A stretch of 64,000 nucleotides of DNA from Candidatus Liberimonas magnetica (GCA_020523885.1 JAJAPY010000017.1:2492-66491); one strand, 5' to 3'. Positions 8,752 to 18,688 are shown, counted from the first letter of the stretch. The notes: generated from the sequence alone by a model not told the origin. A program made the numbers and translations.

Positions 8752-11202
8752 CTACTGTAAATACCCCATGGATCTCAATGTCTTTATTTCTTCCTGAGTC
8801 AACTTATTCTGCGGCTTTTTTGTTTTAACTATATTTTCAAATATCTTTAAATTGTTAGCCTGAAAGTCATAAAGGAATTTTTTGACTTTTCTATAAAGAA
8901 ACAAATTAGGCAGGTAATTATTAAAATAGCCCTCCTCTGTTTTATCGGTATTTAAGTTAAAAAACCTTAATAAATGACAGTTTGCCTTACTCTTTTGTAG
9001 TAACCATGACAAAAAATCGTTCGTAACACTATTTGAATAAAGGATATGCGTCCTTTTATAAATCAGCGACGCGTCGGTATTGTTCAAAGGCCCAGAATAG
9101 TTTTTAGCTGTAATTTCTTCGGAAATTAATAACCTGTTATTCCAGTAATCCTTATCTTTGCCGAAAATCAACGACAAGAGGGAATCGCCTTGCAATATGA
9201 AGGGTGATGTGTCTATATTTGCGAGGTCCAAAATTGTCGGAGCTACATCCAAAAGCTGGACAGACTGTTTGATTTTAAGGTTTTTAGGCAGTTTATCCGG
9301 ATAATAAATTAAAAGAGGTACTTTAATAACCTGCCTGTAGCTCGGAGGCTGATGCTGCCAAAAATTATGTTCCCCTAAAAATTCTCCGTGGTCAGCTATA
9401 TGAATTATTAATGTTTTATCGTAAATCCCCAGTTTTTTTAGCTTATTCACCAGCTTGGCAAAAACAAAATCATTATGCCTGACTGCACCGTCATAGAGAT
9501 CGCGCCTGCCCTGTAATGTAGGTGTGCTTATGTAGGGAGGATCAAGCCAGACGTGTCTTTGCTCAACTTTAGATGTTTTTGTATCTCTATTATTTAAATA
9601 CCAGAGATCAAAAGGCCTGGGTGCTTTATAAGGGCCGTGCGGGTCTAATTGATGTACATAAACAAAAATATTCCTGTCAGTATTAGAGTCAAGCCAGCCG
9701 AGCAGGATATTTGATGTATCGGGGTCCAATATATTGCGTAAATGCTCTTCATTTGAAGTCATGCTATAGCCCAAGTGCAGGTTAGACATCTTGGAAGAAC
9801 CCATATTCTGGGAAAACGCTGCTGTTTCAAAACCCTGGTTTCTCATTATTTCAGGTAATCTTAAGAATTTATCGTCTAAAAGGTCTCCTTCACACCAGAC
9901 CCCGTTCAAAGAAGGATAAAGCGAAGTCATAAATGAAGAACAGGATGTCGGCGTTTCTGTAGTCTGTGAAATGGCATTTAAGAAGATGATACCGTCTTTA
10001 AATAAAGATGTTTTGACTGGAGTGGTATTCCTTTTATAGCCGTAGCAAGACATCTTATCCGGCCTTAATGTGTCTTCAAGCCATATTATTATATTAAACC
10101 GTTCTTTTGGCAGTTCATAAATAACGGGATTTCCCCAAAAAGCTATATTTCCTCCGTCGCTAAAGGCCTCAAGGATAAGTTCTACAGGACTGTCCGTCCA
10201 TTTAGTGACGTCTATCTTGAAATCGAACCAGTTTGAGGGATTGCTTATTGTTTTGGAATAAATTATTTCGTTTTTAATGCTGTTTTTGAATATAACATTG
10301 AATTTTACAGGGTCATTATCTTTCAATACTCCTATTGATGATTTAAAAAATATCCTGCCTTTAGGGATTTTAAGAGAATACCTGGCTTTGCCCGGGGTTG
10401 CGAAATACAGCGCCATTTTTATAATATCGTTCTTGCTTTCGTAAGTATTACCAAAACCAGTCTTATAGTATTTATTCTTTGATGGGACAAAATTTATGTA
10501 TTCAATATCTATATTGTCTTCAACCCTGAAATACAAACACATGCTTTTTACAGTATTTTTCGAGTAGTAGCACAACAACAAAGGGTCGATTATATAAGTA
10601 TGATAATTTCCGTCAGGAATAACATCTATGTTCTGCCCTTTGATGCTTGTATCTATCTTGTTGGAGTCAAATTCAGTTTCGTCGCTTAAATAAACCATCA
10701 TTTTGTTGTTCCTGTTTGTTTTTAGTTTAATTTCAATATCTTTGATGTTTTCAAGCGGTATATTTAGATCTTTCCTTATATTAACGTACTTGCCGCCTTT
10801 AAAATAACCTGTAAGCTGGCTGGAGGAAATATATACTTCTTTATAGCTTCCGGAAAATGATTTTTTATCAGGGGCAAACTTAATCAGATAGGAACGCACA
10901 TCGCCGCCTGGTGCGCTTATCTTGTTTTTCGGCACGGATATCTCTGCATCTGAAAGATGCTCGTCAAACATGTAATAAAATGAATTTATGGGGTTTGGTT
11001 TAAGGTTTTTAAGTATTTTGGCTTTGTCAAATTGTGCGGAATTGTTTAATATCAATTGCTGCCTTTTAATTATGGAATTCATGGCTTTTGACAAGCCAAA
11101 ATAGTTTAATCCATACGAAAGAGTATTAAGGGCTATGGCAATTGTAATCAGTGCAGCGAATGACAGGATTAATAAAATAAAGTATTTAAAGAATTTATTC
11201 AT
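8752..11202 (-). CDS. Membrane-anchored sulfatase-like hydrolase/transferase, paralog 2
   Basis: Collinear with 3272-5710 over its full length; EDTLRPD, SQTTETPTSCSSFMTSLY, DPHGPY, ADHGE. Confidence 0.85.
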   Translation of the reverse strand: MNKFFKYFILLILSFAALITIAIALNTLSYGLNYFGLSKAMNSIIKRQQLILNNSAQFDKAKILKNLKPNPINSFYYMFDEHLSDAEISVPKNKISAPGGDVRSYLIKFAPDKKSFSGSYKEVYISSSQLTGYFKGGKYVNIRKDLNIPLENIKDIEIKLKTNRNNKMMVYLSDETEFDSNKIDTSIKGQNIDVIPDGNYHTYIIDPLLLCYYSKNTVKSMCLYFRVEDNIDIEYINFVPSKNKYYKTGFGNTYESKNDIIKMALYFATPGKARYSLKIPKGRIFFKSSIGVLKDNDPVKFNVIFKNSIKNEIIYSKTISNPSNWFDFKIDVTKWTDSPVELILEAFSDGGNIAFWGNPVIYELPKERFNIIIWLEDTLRPDKMSCYGYKRNTTPVKTSLFKDGIIFLNAISQTTETPTSCSSFMTSLYPSLNGVWCEGDLLDDKFLRLPEIMRNQGFETAAFSQNMGSSKMSNLHLGYSMTSNEEHLRNILDPDTSNILLGWLDSNTDRNIFVYVHQLDPHGPYKAPRPFDLWYLNNRDTKTSKVEQRHVWLDPPYISTPTLQGRRDLYDGAVRHNDFVFAKLVNKLKKLGIYDKTLIIHIADHGEFLGEHNFWQHQPPSYRQVIKVPLLIYYPDKLPKNLKIKQSVQLLDVAPTILDLANIDTSPFILQGDSLLSLIFGKDKDYWNNRLLISEEITAKNYSGPLNNTDASLIYKRTHILYSNSVTNDFLSWLLQKSKANCHLLRFFNLNTDKTEEGYFNNYLPNLFLYRKVKKFLYDFQANNLKIFENIVKTKKPQNKLTQEEIKTLRSMGYLQ

Positions 11203-11219
11203 ATAAATTGTATTTTGTT

Positions 11220-12434
11220 TTATGGATGAGATATAATAAACCCTATGCCGGTAATTTCGTTATTGTTTATGAGAAGCAACCTGTTCAGGTGTTTAAGAGA
11301 ATTAAATGTTTCATAGACAAATAGATTATCACTTTTTAGGTTAATTGTCGCATACTCATTTCTTAAGACAGAATCCGGTTTTTCAATAAGGTTAAAAGAA
11401 TTTGGCTGAATTTTATTTGTAATTGAGCAGGCGGCACAATTTATTTTCTGAAAAACAGTCTTGATTGTATAATTTTTGTCTATCCTGAGAGGTTTATTTG
11501 AGAGCCAAAATATTTTAGCAGATACCGACCTTGAAAAAACAGGCTGTTTATTAATATCGAGGACTAAATCACCTCTTTTAGCAGGAATATTTGTGGCTAA
11601 GACCAGGCCTACATTTTCATGGGTTTTAGCTGATGCTCCGGGTTTTAAAAGCTCCACCTTGGATCTTTTAAAATACGGGAATACAATAACTTCCCGCCCT
11701 TTTCCTATTGATCCTGATATTATAATCCCTGCCAGTACTTTTATTTTGCCTAGGGTATAAACATCCTGCACAGGGAACCTTAAAGCCCGGGGATTATACT
11801 GTCTGGACGGTTTTAAATCATCCAGTGCCTTGACCAGAGAACAACCAGCATACCACTTCGTTCTTGGCGATAGTTTTGATATATTGTCGCCGTAGGCAGC
11901 TGATATGGGGAAAGCGGCAGTATATTTGAACGGAATAGGGGACAACTGGCCGAGGATCTGTTTTTTAGCCTGCTCATAAATCTTAGATAAAAAATCAACT
12001 TTATCCATCTTATTGACAGCTAGGATAATCTTATCTATTCCCATAAGGCTTAACAATAATAGTTCAAGCCTTGTTTTTATTGTTACGCCTTTTGTGACGT
12101 CAATCACCAGCACCGCTATATCTGCATAGCCCATCCCGGAGATCATGCTGTTTATGAATTCGAGATGTCCCGGGGTGTCTATGATTATGTACTCTTTTTT
12201 GCGTGTTTTAAACGGTATATGGGCAGAGTCTATAGTGTTTCCTGTCCTTCTTTCTTCGAGCAGCTGGTCTGTGACTATAGAATAATTGAGGTATGTTTTA
12301 TATTTATTTGAGGAAGCAAGGAGTTCGGAAAGTTTTTCCCTGTTTAGCGAGCCCGTGTCGTACAAGAGCCTGCCGATGAGGGTTGATTTTCCGTGGTCGT
12401 GGTCGCCGATAAATACTATTTTTAATGGGTTCAT
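11220..12434 (-). CDS. cysN: Sulfate adenylyltransferase GTPase subunit
   Basis: GDHDHGKSTLIGRLLYD, DTPGH, NKMD, PISA, LRFPVQDVY; adjacent to cysD; no fused APS-kinase domain. Confidence 0.88.
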   Translation of the reverse strand: MNPLKIVFIGDHDHGKSTLIGRLLYDTGSLNREKLSELLASSNKYKTYLNYSIVTDQLLEERRTGNTIDSAHIPFKTRKKEYIIIDTPGHLEFINSMISGMGYADIAVLVIDVTKGVTIKTRLELLLLSLMGIDKIILAVNKMDKVDFLSKIYEQAKKQILGQLSPIPFKYTAAFPISAAYGDNISKLSPRTKWYAGCSLVKALDDLKPSRQYNPRALRFPVQDVYTLGKIKVLAGIIISGSIGKGREVIVFPYFKRSKVELLKPGASAKTHENVGLVLATNIPAKRGDLVLDINKQPVFSRSVSAKIFWLSNKPLRIDKNYTIKTVFQKINCAACSITNKIQPNSFNLIEKPDSVLRNEYATINLKSDNLFVYETFNSLKHLNRLLLINNNEITGIGFIISHP

Positions 12435-12441
12435 CTGTATA

Positions 12442-13242
12442 TCACATATAGCCTAAACTTCTTAATTTTTGCATCGTATTTGGATCTTCTTTGTCTTGGG
12501 CCCTGCCGTACCTTTCGCTTATTTTTGTCGTGCTCAGTTCTTTTATGATCTTATTTATGGTATCTGCCTTTGAACGCACAGCTTTGCAACAAGGTTCACA
12601 GCCTATACTGCGGTATCTTTTTCCAAATCTTGAAAAATAAAGGCCTACTACGGGAATCTTTTCTCTTTTAATATATCTCCAGATATCTATTTCCCTCCAG
12701 TGCAGGAGGGGGTGTATCCTAAAATGCTCTTTCTCCTTTATTGAAGAAGAAAATAAGTCCCATAATTCTATGGGCTGGTGCAAATAATCCCATTTAAAGT
12801 TCTGGTTCCTTGGTGAAAAATACCTTTCTTTTGCCCTTACACCGTGTTCGTCCCTTCTAATACCTAAAAGCAGGGCCTTTAAACCATGTTTTAACAGTGT
12901 TTGTTTCAAAGCCTCGGTTTTTAAAGCATTACAGCACCTGAATTTATTGTTTTTCGGGCACAGGCCTTTTTCTAATTGCCGGAAATTCTTGCTTATGATT
13001 ACATCCAACATCCATTCTTTTGCATACATCTGTCTGAATTTATATATTTCTGTGAATTTGTAGCCTGTATCTATATGTATAATGGGAAATGGGATTTTTC
13101 CAAAAAAAGCTTTGCGGGCCATCCATAACAACGTGGTTGAATCCTTGCCGATAGACCACAGAAGCCCAAGTTTTCTAAATTGCGCATACGCCTCTCTGAT
13201 TATATAAATAGTTTTACTTTCCAGCGAATCAAGATAGTCCAA
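12442..13242 (-). CDS. cysD: Sulfate adenylyltransferase catalytic subunit
   Basis: LESKTIYIIREA, WSIGKDS, HIDTG, RRDE..RAKER.FS.R, YRSIGC.PC; TTG start with AAGGAG RBS. Confidence 0.95.
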   Translation of the reverse strand: MDYLDSLESKTIYIIREAYAQFRKLGLLWSIGKDSTTLLWMARKAFFGKIPFPIIHIDTGYKFTEIYKFRQMYAKEWMLDVIISKNFRQLEKGLCPKNNKFRCCNALKTEALKQTLLKHGLKALLLGIRRDEHGVRAKERYFSPRNQNFKWDYLHQPIELWDLFSSSIKEKEHFRIHPLLHWREIDIWRYIKREKIPVVGLYFSRFGKRYRSIGCEPCCKAVRSKADTINKIIKELSTTKISERYGRAQDKEDPNTMQKLRSLGYM

Positions 13243-13463
13243 GCTTAATACTCCTTTAATATGACTAAATATTACTGCAATATTTCATTCACACGATATA
13301 TTTAGTTAGGTTGATATTCAGACAGAAAGGGCATACTAAATCATAGGTATTAGTTGAATAAGGAAAATATATAACGATAGAGGCAATAAAACAATGAAAC
13401 TTGCAGGGATCTTTTTTTACAAACCTGTATTAAAAGCCTTAGGCCGCATTATTTGAATATGAA

Positions 13464-13910
13464 CTAGGGCTTTTGCTTCATTACTTCTTTGATTCCGTCT
13501 AAGACTTCCTTTAGCATAACTATCGGAAAAGATATCCCTTTGCCGGGAACAAGTTCGCCGTTTTTAGTGAAATAGGTCCGGATGTGAACAAGCCTGTTAT
13601 TCTTAAAGTCAGCCACATATACTCTAAGTTTTTCTGTTGACCGCGGTTTATCGAATTCAAGGCTTAAGGGTTTATCGTTATCTTTTAGGACTTCTTCAAA
13701 TCCTTCTATTATAGCAGAAAGGTTATCGAACGGGACCCAGGCTCCTTTTTTTGTTGGTTTAGCCTCGGTTTCATTCGGGAAAAACATATGGATCCGGAAA
13801 TCAACCATATTATTTTTTAAAATCGAGATGCGCAGTTCTTCAAGAGCACTTTTCTTCAGCTTAGTTATCAGCTTGCTGCTTTGAAAGATTGAGTTGTCAT
13901 TAAAAGCCAT
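13464..13910 (-). CDS. PC4/YdbC-family ssDNA-binding protein with two tandem domains
   Basis: Two copies of E.LR(I/V)...(VDFR/VHIR)...P(TK)KG(AWV/ISF)P. Confidence 0.7.
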   Translation of the reverse strand: MAFNDNSIFQSSKLITKLKKSALEELRISILKNNMVDFRIHMFFPNETEAKPTKKGAWVPFDNLSAIIEGFEEVLKDNDKPLSLEFDKPRSTEKLRVYVADFKNNRLVHIRTYFTKNGELVPGKGISFPIVMLKEVLDGIKEVMKQKP

Positions 13911-14014
13911 TTTTATCTCCTTTTATTAGCGTAAAGCATATTGCGGTGCCGAAAAACAAACAGTCGTTTTACGCCATATATTAGTATAGGGATTTAAATA
14001 CTCTATACTTGGTC

Positions 14015-14749
14015 CTAATTACTCTTTTGCCTTGCCTGGTTTAACAGGATTCCGCAAGCTATGGCTGCATTCAAAGACTCGATATTATTTGAAATCTGAA
14101 TAGAAACTACCGCTACTGCAGAATCCTTTAGTGTTTTTGATAAACCGTTAGCTTCATTCCCTATAGCCAGAATAAAATATCCCGGCCAGCTGAAACCGTC
14201 AATACTCACCCCCCCCTTATCCGCTGCTATGATTGTAAAATCCTTGATTTCAGAAACAGAACCTATCTTTATAATTTTTATCTTCTCCAGCGCACCCATA
14301 CTCGAACGTACTACCTTGGGTGAAAACGGGTCCACACAACCCGGAGTTATTATTATTCCGTCTATAGAGAAAGCACAGGCTGTCCGGATTATCGTACCCA
14401 GGTTCCCCGGGTCCTGGAGCTTATCCAAAAGTACGTACCTTGCATTTTTTCTTATCTCTTCCTTGCCCGATATATTCAAGGCTGTCAGGGCCAGAAAACC
14501 CTGGCTATTTTCAGTATCGGATATTTTATCGAATACGGCTTCAGAAACCAAAAATAGCTGCTTGCATTTTACGTCCGGTATTTTTTTATCTTTTCTTACA
14601 AATAGATATTCTATGTTTTTTGAAGTATCAAGCGCCCTTAAGCCTTCTAGTACATATTCTCTGCACAAATACCTGTAATCTCTATCACTCAACAACTTTT
14701 TTAAGTGCTTTATCCTGACATTATCTGCAGAATCTATTTTATTATACAT
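14015..14749 (-). CDS. TrmH/SpoU family RNA 2'-O-methyltransferase
   Basis: LDKLQDPGNLGTIIRTA, KVVRSSMGA, GNEANGLS, ESLNAAIA. Confidence 0.93.
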   Translation of the reverse strand: MYNKIDSADNVRIKHLKKLLSDRDYRYLCREYVLEGLRALDTSKNIEYLFVRKDKKIPDVKCKQLFLVSEAVFDKISDTENSQGFLALTALNISGKEEIRKNARYVLLDKLQDPGNLGTIIRTACAFSIDGIIITPGCVDPFSPKVVRSSMGALEKIKIIKIGSVSEIKDFTIIAADKGGVSIDGFSWPGYFILAIGNEANGLSKTLKDSAVAVVSIQISNNIESLNAAIACGILLNQARQKSN

Positions 14750-14751
14750 AA

Positions 14752-15927
14752 TTATTTTATTCTTTCCAAAGCCCTGATTACTTCTTTTTTGTCCGTCTGG
14801 TAAACGAGGGCCTTTTTAAAATATTCTTTAGCATTGTCCGTTTTATCGTCCATCATTAGCTCCATGCCCTTCTCGTAATATTTCTGGGCCAATGTTTCTT
14901 TAAGTTTCTCGTATCTGGACTTGGCTTTTGAATTTTCAGGGTTGTACTTAAGAGCTTCTGCGTATGATTCGTAGGCGTCTTCAAGCTCGCCTTTTTCAAA
15001 ATGTTTTTCAGCAGCCTTAAAGGTATCGCTGGCAAGTATGGATTTGGTTTCGGATGCCATTTTTTCTATTTGGCTTAGTTCGTCTTTGAAACCGTACGTA
15101 GATGCGATCTTGAGGCCTTCTTCAAGTTCTGCTAAAGCAGCTTTATAATAGCCCCTGGTAAAGAACTTCTCTCCTCTAGAGTAATTTGACAGTACTCTTT
15201 CTCTAACCTTTTCTTTAGCCAGTGTTTCCACTCTTTCAGCATCTTCTTTGATCTTTTGTTTTGAATCATTTATAAAATCAAGGGTATCAAGCCTTTGAGA
15301 ATTGTCAAGTATGACGGCATCAAAGTATTTTAAAGCAGCCATAGTAGTAGCTTCAAAATATTTTATAGCTTCGGCATATTTTCCGTTTATATAGAGTTCA
15401 AGTGCTTGCGTATAAAGCTCGTTCACATGAGCAGCTGCTATTGTGTTTATAGAATTATCGATTTTCCCGAGATATGAAGATGCTGTTTCGTTGTTCGGAT
15501 CTATCACCAGCACGTGGTTAAAGAGTTTTTTAGCATTTTCATGGTCTCCCTTATCGTTGCAGGTTATAGCTTTTTTTAGGAGCTTAGCAATCTCTTTTGA
15601 GCTTTTTTGCTTGGTTTTTATTGAATTTAAATATGAATAAGTTTTTTCAAGATATCTTTTTGATGGTGCATGTCCCGGGTAGACCGAAAGGATCGCCTCG
15701 AATTGTTTCTTAGCTGCAGTGTAATCCTTTTCATTAAAGGAATCCAGGGCTACCTTAAAAAATTTATCAGTCAATGCTCTGTTCAGCTCTGAACTTGCGG
15801 CCTTATCGGTATTTCTTTCATCATCAGTACTGGCTTCTGAATGAAGCAAGGAGGCTGTTAAAAGCATTACAGACAAAACAATAAAAATAATTAATGCCCT
15901 AGTTTTATTCATTTTATTTAAAGCCAT
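14752..15927 (-). CDS. Exported tetratricopeptide-repeat protein
   Basis: Signal peptide and repeated TPR signatures (A...F..VL.IDPNN..A..Y; AL.YNPEN..A). Confidence 0.85.
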   Translation of the reverse strand: MALNKMNKTRALIIFIVLSVMLLTASLLHSEASTDDERNTDKAASSELNRALTDKFFKVALDSFNEKDYTAAKKQFEAILSVYPGHAPSKRYLEKTYSYLNSIKTKQKSSKEIAKLLKKAITCNDKGDHENAKKLFNHVLVIDPNNETASSYLGKIDNSINTIAAAHVNELYTQALELYINGKYAEAIKYFEATTMAALKYFDAVILDNSQRLDTLDFINDSKQKIKEDAERVETLAKEKVRERVLSNYSRGEKFFTRGYYKAALAELEEGLKIASTYGFKDELSQIEKMASETKSILASDTFKAAEKHFEKGELEDAYESYAEALKYNPENSKAKSRYEKLKETLAQKYYEKGMELMMDDKTDNAKEYFKKALVYQTDKKEVIRALERIK

Positions 15928-16415
15928 TTTTTTTTAAACTCTTCATTTATCTTATCCATGTTATCAAGCTCGGCCTGGCTCTTTGCCTGATAATTATTTA
16001 TATTTTTTTTAAATAGTTTGTTACAGAAATCTGCCGTAGACATAAACCTTGCATTTGTACGCCCAAGGTTATGCCTGATCCCTTTATCATCAGTAACTAC
16101 GACTATATTTGAAGTATTCTTATGCTCGCTGACTGTTCTTTCGATTAGCCTGTCAGCATTTTCCACTAGGCTGAATATAACGGTAATTCCATTTATTACT
16201 GACTTATTATAATTGCCTCCCCAGAATGCGTCTTCATTTGAAGATAACCCGTCAAAAACAATCGTTATTTTATTATTAAGGCTCCCTTGGGGTCTGGCCT
16301 TCGTTATAAATTCTATAAGGCTGTTTCTCTGCTGCTCCAGGGAACCGGTATTGAGTTTTCCGGTATTATCGGATTTTATAATATTATAACCGTCAAGGAT
16401 ATAAGCTATTGACAT
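15918..16415 (-). CDS. NYN-domain RNase, YacP/Rae1-like
   Basis: ILDGYNII, IVFDG, NADRLI, VVVTDD. Confidence 0.85.
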   Translation of the reverse strand: MSIAYILDGYNIIKSDNTGKLNTGSLEQQRNSLIEFITKARPQGSLNNKITIVFDGLSSNEDAFWGGNYNKSVINGITVIFSLVENADRLIERTVSEHKNTSNIVVVTDDKGIRHNLGRTNARFMSTADFCNKLFKKNINNYQAKSQAELDNMDKINEEFKKKWL

Positions 16416-16429
16416 ATTATTAACTTAAT

Positions 16430-16551
16430 AATTCAAAATACAAAATGAGAAATGCAAAATTAAGGTGTCCCGCTTTGCGGGACTTATTTAAATTGATACC
16501 TTGGCGGGATACAACAATTTTGCATTTTACAATTTTCATTTTGCATTTTCA
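16430..16551. repeat. Inverted repeat built from TGCAAAA-type heptamers with inner GC hairpin
   Basis: TTCAAAA TACAAAA TGAGAAA TGCAAAA ... GTCCCGC-TTT-GCGGGAC ... TTTTGCA TTTTACA ATTTTCA TTTTGCA TTTTCA. Confidence 0.85.
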
Positions 16552-16552
16552 G

Positions 16553-17434
16553 TTAGGGCTTTTTTGTTTTCCATCTTCTATGCATCCAGAACCAGTGTTC
16601 AGGGTGCCTGCGGCAATAATCCTCAATTATTTTTGTATAAGAAGAAGTATAATTTTCAATATCTTTCTCCAAGTCGCCGATAATTTCGGGCTTAGGCACC
16701 TGATTGAATATTATATGAAAATTTCCGTTCATCCTGATAATATGCCCTGTGATGATCGGGCATCCCTGCCTTAGGGCAAACTGTGCAGCTGCTTTAGGCG
16801 TAGAAGCAGGCCTGCCGAAAAAATCTACAAACGTCCCATTTTCGTGTGCATCCTGGTCAGAGACCAAGGCGACAAATTCGTTTTTTTTCAAAGCTTTCAT
16901 TACACCTCTTAATGCGAACTTTAGAGGTATAACAGTAACGCCTTTTGCCCTCCTGTAGGAGTTTAAAAGGTCATCAGTCATTTTATTGGTCTGTTCTCCG
17001 ACCACAAAAGTCAAAGGGTAGCGGGCCGCAACGGCGATTCCCATAAGTTCCCAGTTCCCGAAATGCGAACCGACAAGTATGCACCCTTTATTGTTTTTTA
17101 GAGCTTCATCAAGAAAATGAAGGTTCTGGAAAGCTACCATTTTCAAGATATCTTCTTTGCTAAGCCTCGGAAAATAAGCTAGCTCAAAAAACGTTTGTGC
17201 GAACTGCTCATAAGTCTTTTTTGCTATATGCCTTATTTCGCTTTTTGTTTTAGAATCCCCAAAGGCCTGTGTAAGGTTTTCTATCGATTCTTTTTTTCTT
17301 ACAGGAATAAAATAATAAACAAGGTCAGCCAGCCTCCTTGCTAAATATCTAACCGTGCTTAAAGGTAGCAGCCGTATGATAAAACCCATGGCTATTAAGA
17401 AACCGTACTCGAAATAATGCCGTATTCGTTTCAT
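16553..17434 (-). CDS. Lipid A late acyltransferase (LpxL/HtrB family)
   Basis: HFGNWE, ALVSDQ, VDFFGRPAST, PEHWFWMHRRWK. Confidence 0.9.
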   Translation of the reverse strand: MKRIRHYFEYGFLIAMGFIIRLLPLSTVRYLARRLADLVYYFIPVRKKESIENLTQAFGDSKTKSEIRHIAKKTYEQFAQTFFELAYFPRLSKEDILKMVAFQNLHFLDEALKNNKGCILVGSHFGNWELMGIAVAARYPLTFVVGEQTNKMTDDLLNSYRRAKGVTVIPLKFALRGVMKALKKNEFVALVSDQDAHENGTFVDFFGRPASTPKAAAQFALRQGCPIITGHIIRMNGNFHIIFNQVPKPEIIGDLEKDIENYTSSYTKIIEDYCRRHPEHWFWMHRRWKTKKP

Positions 17435-17439
17435 AGGTT

Positions 17440-18567
17440 TTAGTGTCGTATAAGTATTTTAGCCAGCAGACTCTTTTTTAGTTCAATAGCCTTAAAAGTG
17501 CACAGTTCATGGCAGCACAAACAGGCTATGCATTCATCAGTAATTACCACCGGCTTGGCACCGGGAACGTTTTTTATCGCTTTTATAGGGCACGAATCAA
17601 CGCACATCTGGCAGTTTGTGCACACCTCGCTATTTATGAACGGTTTAAGCCATAGATAGCTTCCGATAATATTTATCAGCCATTTCGGAATAAGTTTCAA
17701 ATACCAGTTTGACGGAAATTTGAAATCCTTTAAATTAAAATCAGAATGGCTGTTACCGGCCCATTCTATTTTTTCCAGATTCTGCTTATTAGCAAGGTAA
17801 TTGATCGACTCAATATGTGCAGGTTTTAGTCCCAAAAGCTGTGTTACTGCAAGGTCAAGGATAACAGCATCTTTGGATGCAACTATCATAGCAAGTTTCC
17901 TTTTGTCTCCTGAACTTGGGCCGTTGCCTTCCATCCCCATTATTCCGTCAATAAGGGTAAAGCGTATTTTCTCTTTATAGACTAGATATATCTCATCAAG
18001 GAGATGTGAAAAATCATCGGGATGAGGGGCCATTTTATGATACTCTGCCTTGCGCATGCCAGGGACACAGCCAAAAAGATTTTTTATGGCACCGGTATAA
18101 ATCATTAGCCCGTGTGTTTTTAATTTTGGAAGGTTTATTATGCCGTCAACATCCAGAGTTATACTTGCCAAGTGTATTTTTGAGATGGTAGGATGATTGA
18201 TATTCCTTGAGACCGCTCCCGATGTTTCAAAATTTACAAGCTGCACATTCTCTTCATCTGCAAGCTTTTTCATCCCGGTTTCTGTCCAGACACGTTCTAC
18301 CCCTTTTACTGCGCCGCCGGGACTATCCCCTAAAAGAGGGATGGCTCCAGCATTTCTTACAAGCCTCAAGATAGCGCGTACTACCTCAGGATGGGTCGTT
18401 ACTGCACGCTCAGGCAACCTTGCGCTTAGGAGGTTCGGTTTGACAAGTATCTTTTCACCCGGTTTTATAAAATTGTTTATTCCCCCGATAAGTTCAACAG
18501 CCCTGGTTACGGACTGTGACACTTCGTTACTGTCATAACTTTGGCACTTAATTAAACTTACTTTCAT
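17440..18567 (-). CDS. DUF362 protein with C-terminal 2x[4Fe-4S] ferredoxin
   Basis: ILVKPNLL, TTHPE, NLPKLKTH, TGAIKNLFG, MEGNGP; CTNCQMCVDSCP and CIACLCCHELC. Start set at ATG of MKVSLIKC because the track's extension lies in a repeat. Confidence 0.9.
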   Translation of the reverse strand: MKVSLIKCQSYDSNEVSQSVTRAVELIGGINNFIKPGEKILVKPNLLSARLPERAVTTHPEVVRAILRLVRNAGAIPLLGDSPGGAVKGVERVWTETGMKKLADEENVQLVNFETSGAVSRNINHPTISKIHLASITLDVDGIINLPKLKTHGLMIYTGAIKNLFGCVPGMRKAEYHKMAPHPDDFSHLLDEIYLVYKEKIRFTLIDGIMGMEGNGPSSGDKRKLAMIVASKDAVILDLAVTQLLGLKPAHIESINYLANKQNLEKIEWAGNSHSDFNLKDFKFPSNWYLKLIPKWLINIIGSYLWLKPFINSEVCTNCQMCVDSCPIKAIKNVPGAKPVVITDECIACLCCHELCTFKAIELKKSLLAKILIRH

Positions 18568-18588
18568 TTTTTTATATGTATTTACCTT

Positions 18589-18675
18589 GAAAATTGCAAA
18601 GCGCAAATTTCCCGACGTAAAAGATTATTGTCTTTCAATTTACAATTTGCAATTTCACGATTTATATTTTGTAAT
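18589..18675. repeat. Inverted repeat built from GCAAATT-type heptamers
   Basis: GAAAATT GCAAAGC GCAAATT ... AATTTAC AATTTGC AATTTCA. Confidence 0.65.
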
Positions 18676-18688
18676 TAATTAGTTTAGT

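Noticed and set aside
13330-13449. Hydrophobic mini-ORF upstream of cysD (MRPKAFNTGL*KKIPASFIVLL...)
   Set aside because: Internal stop, no RBS and no recognisable family; too weak to call a pseudogene
13927-13980. Possible third AGCG heptamer element
   Set aside because: Too degenerate to distinguish from chance
16445-16774. Plus-strand ORFs of 109 and 60 aa
   Set aside because: Translations of the heptamer repeat plus antisense of the acyltransferase gene
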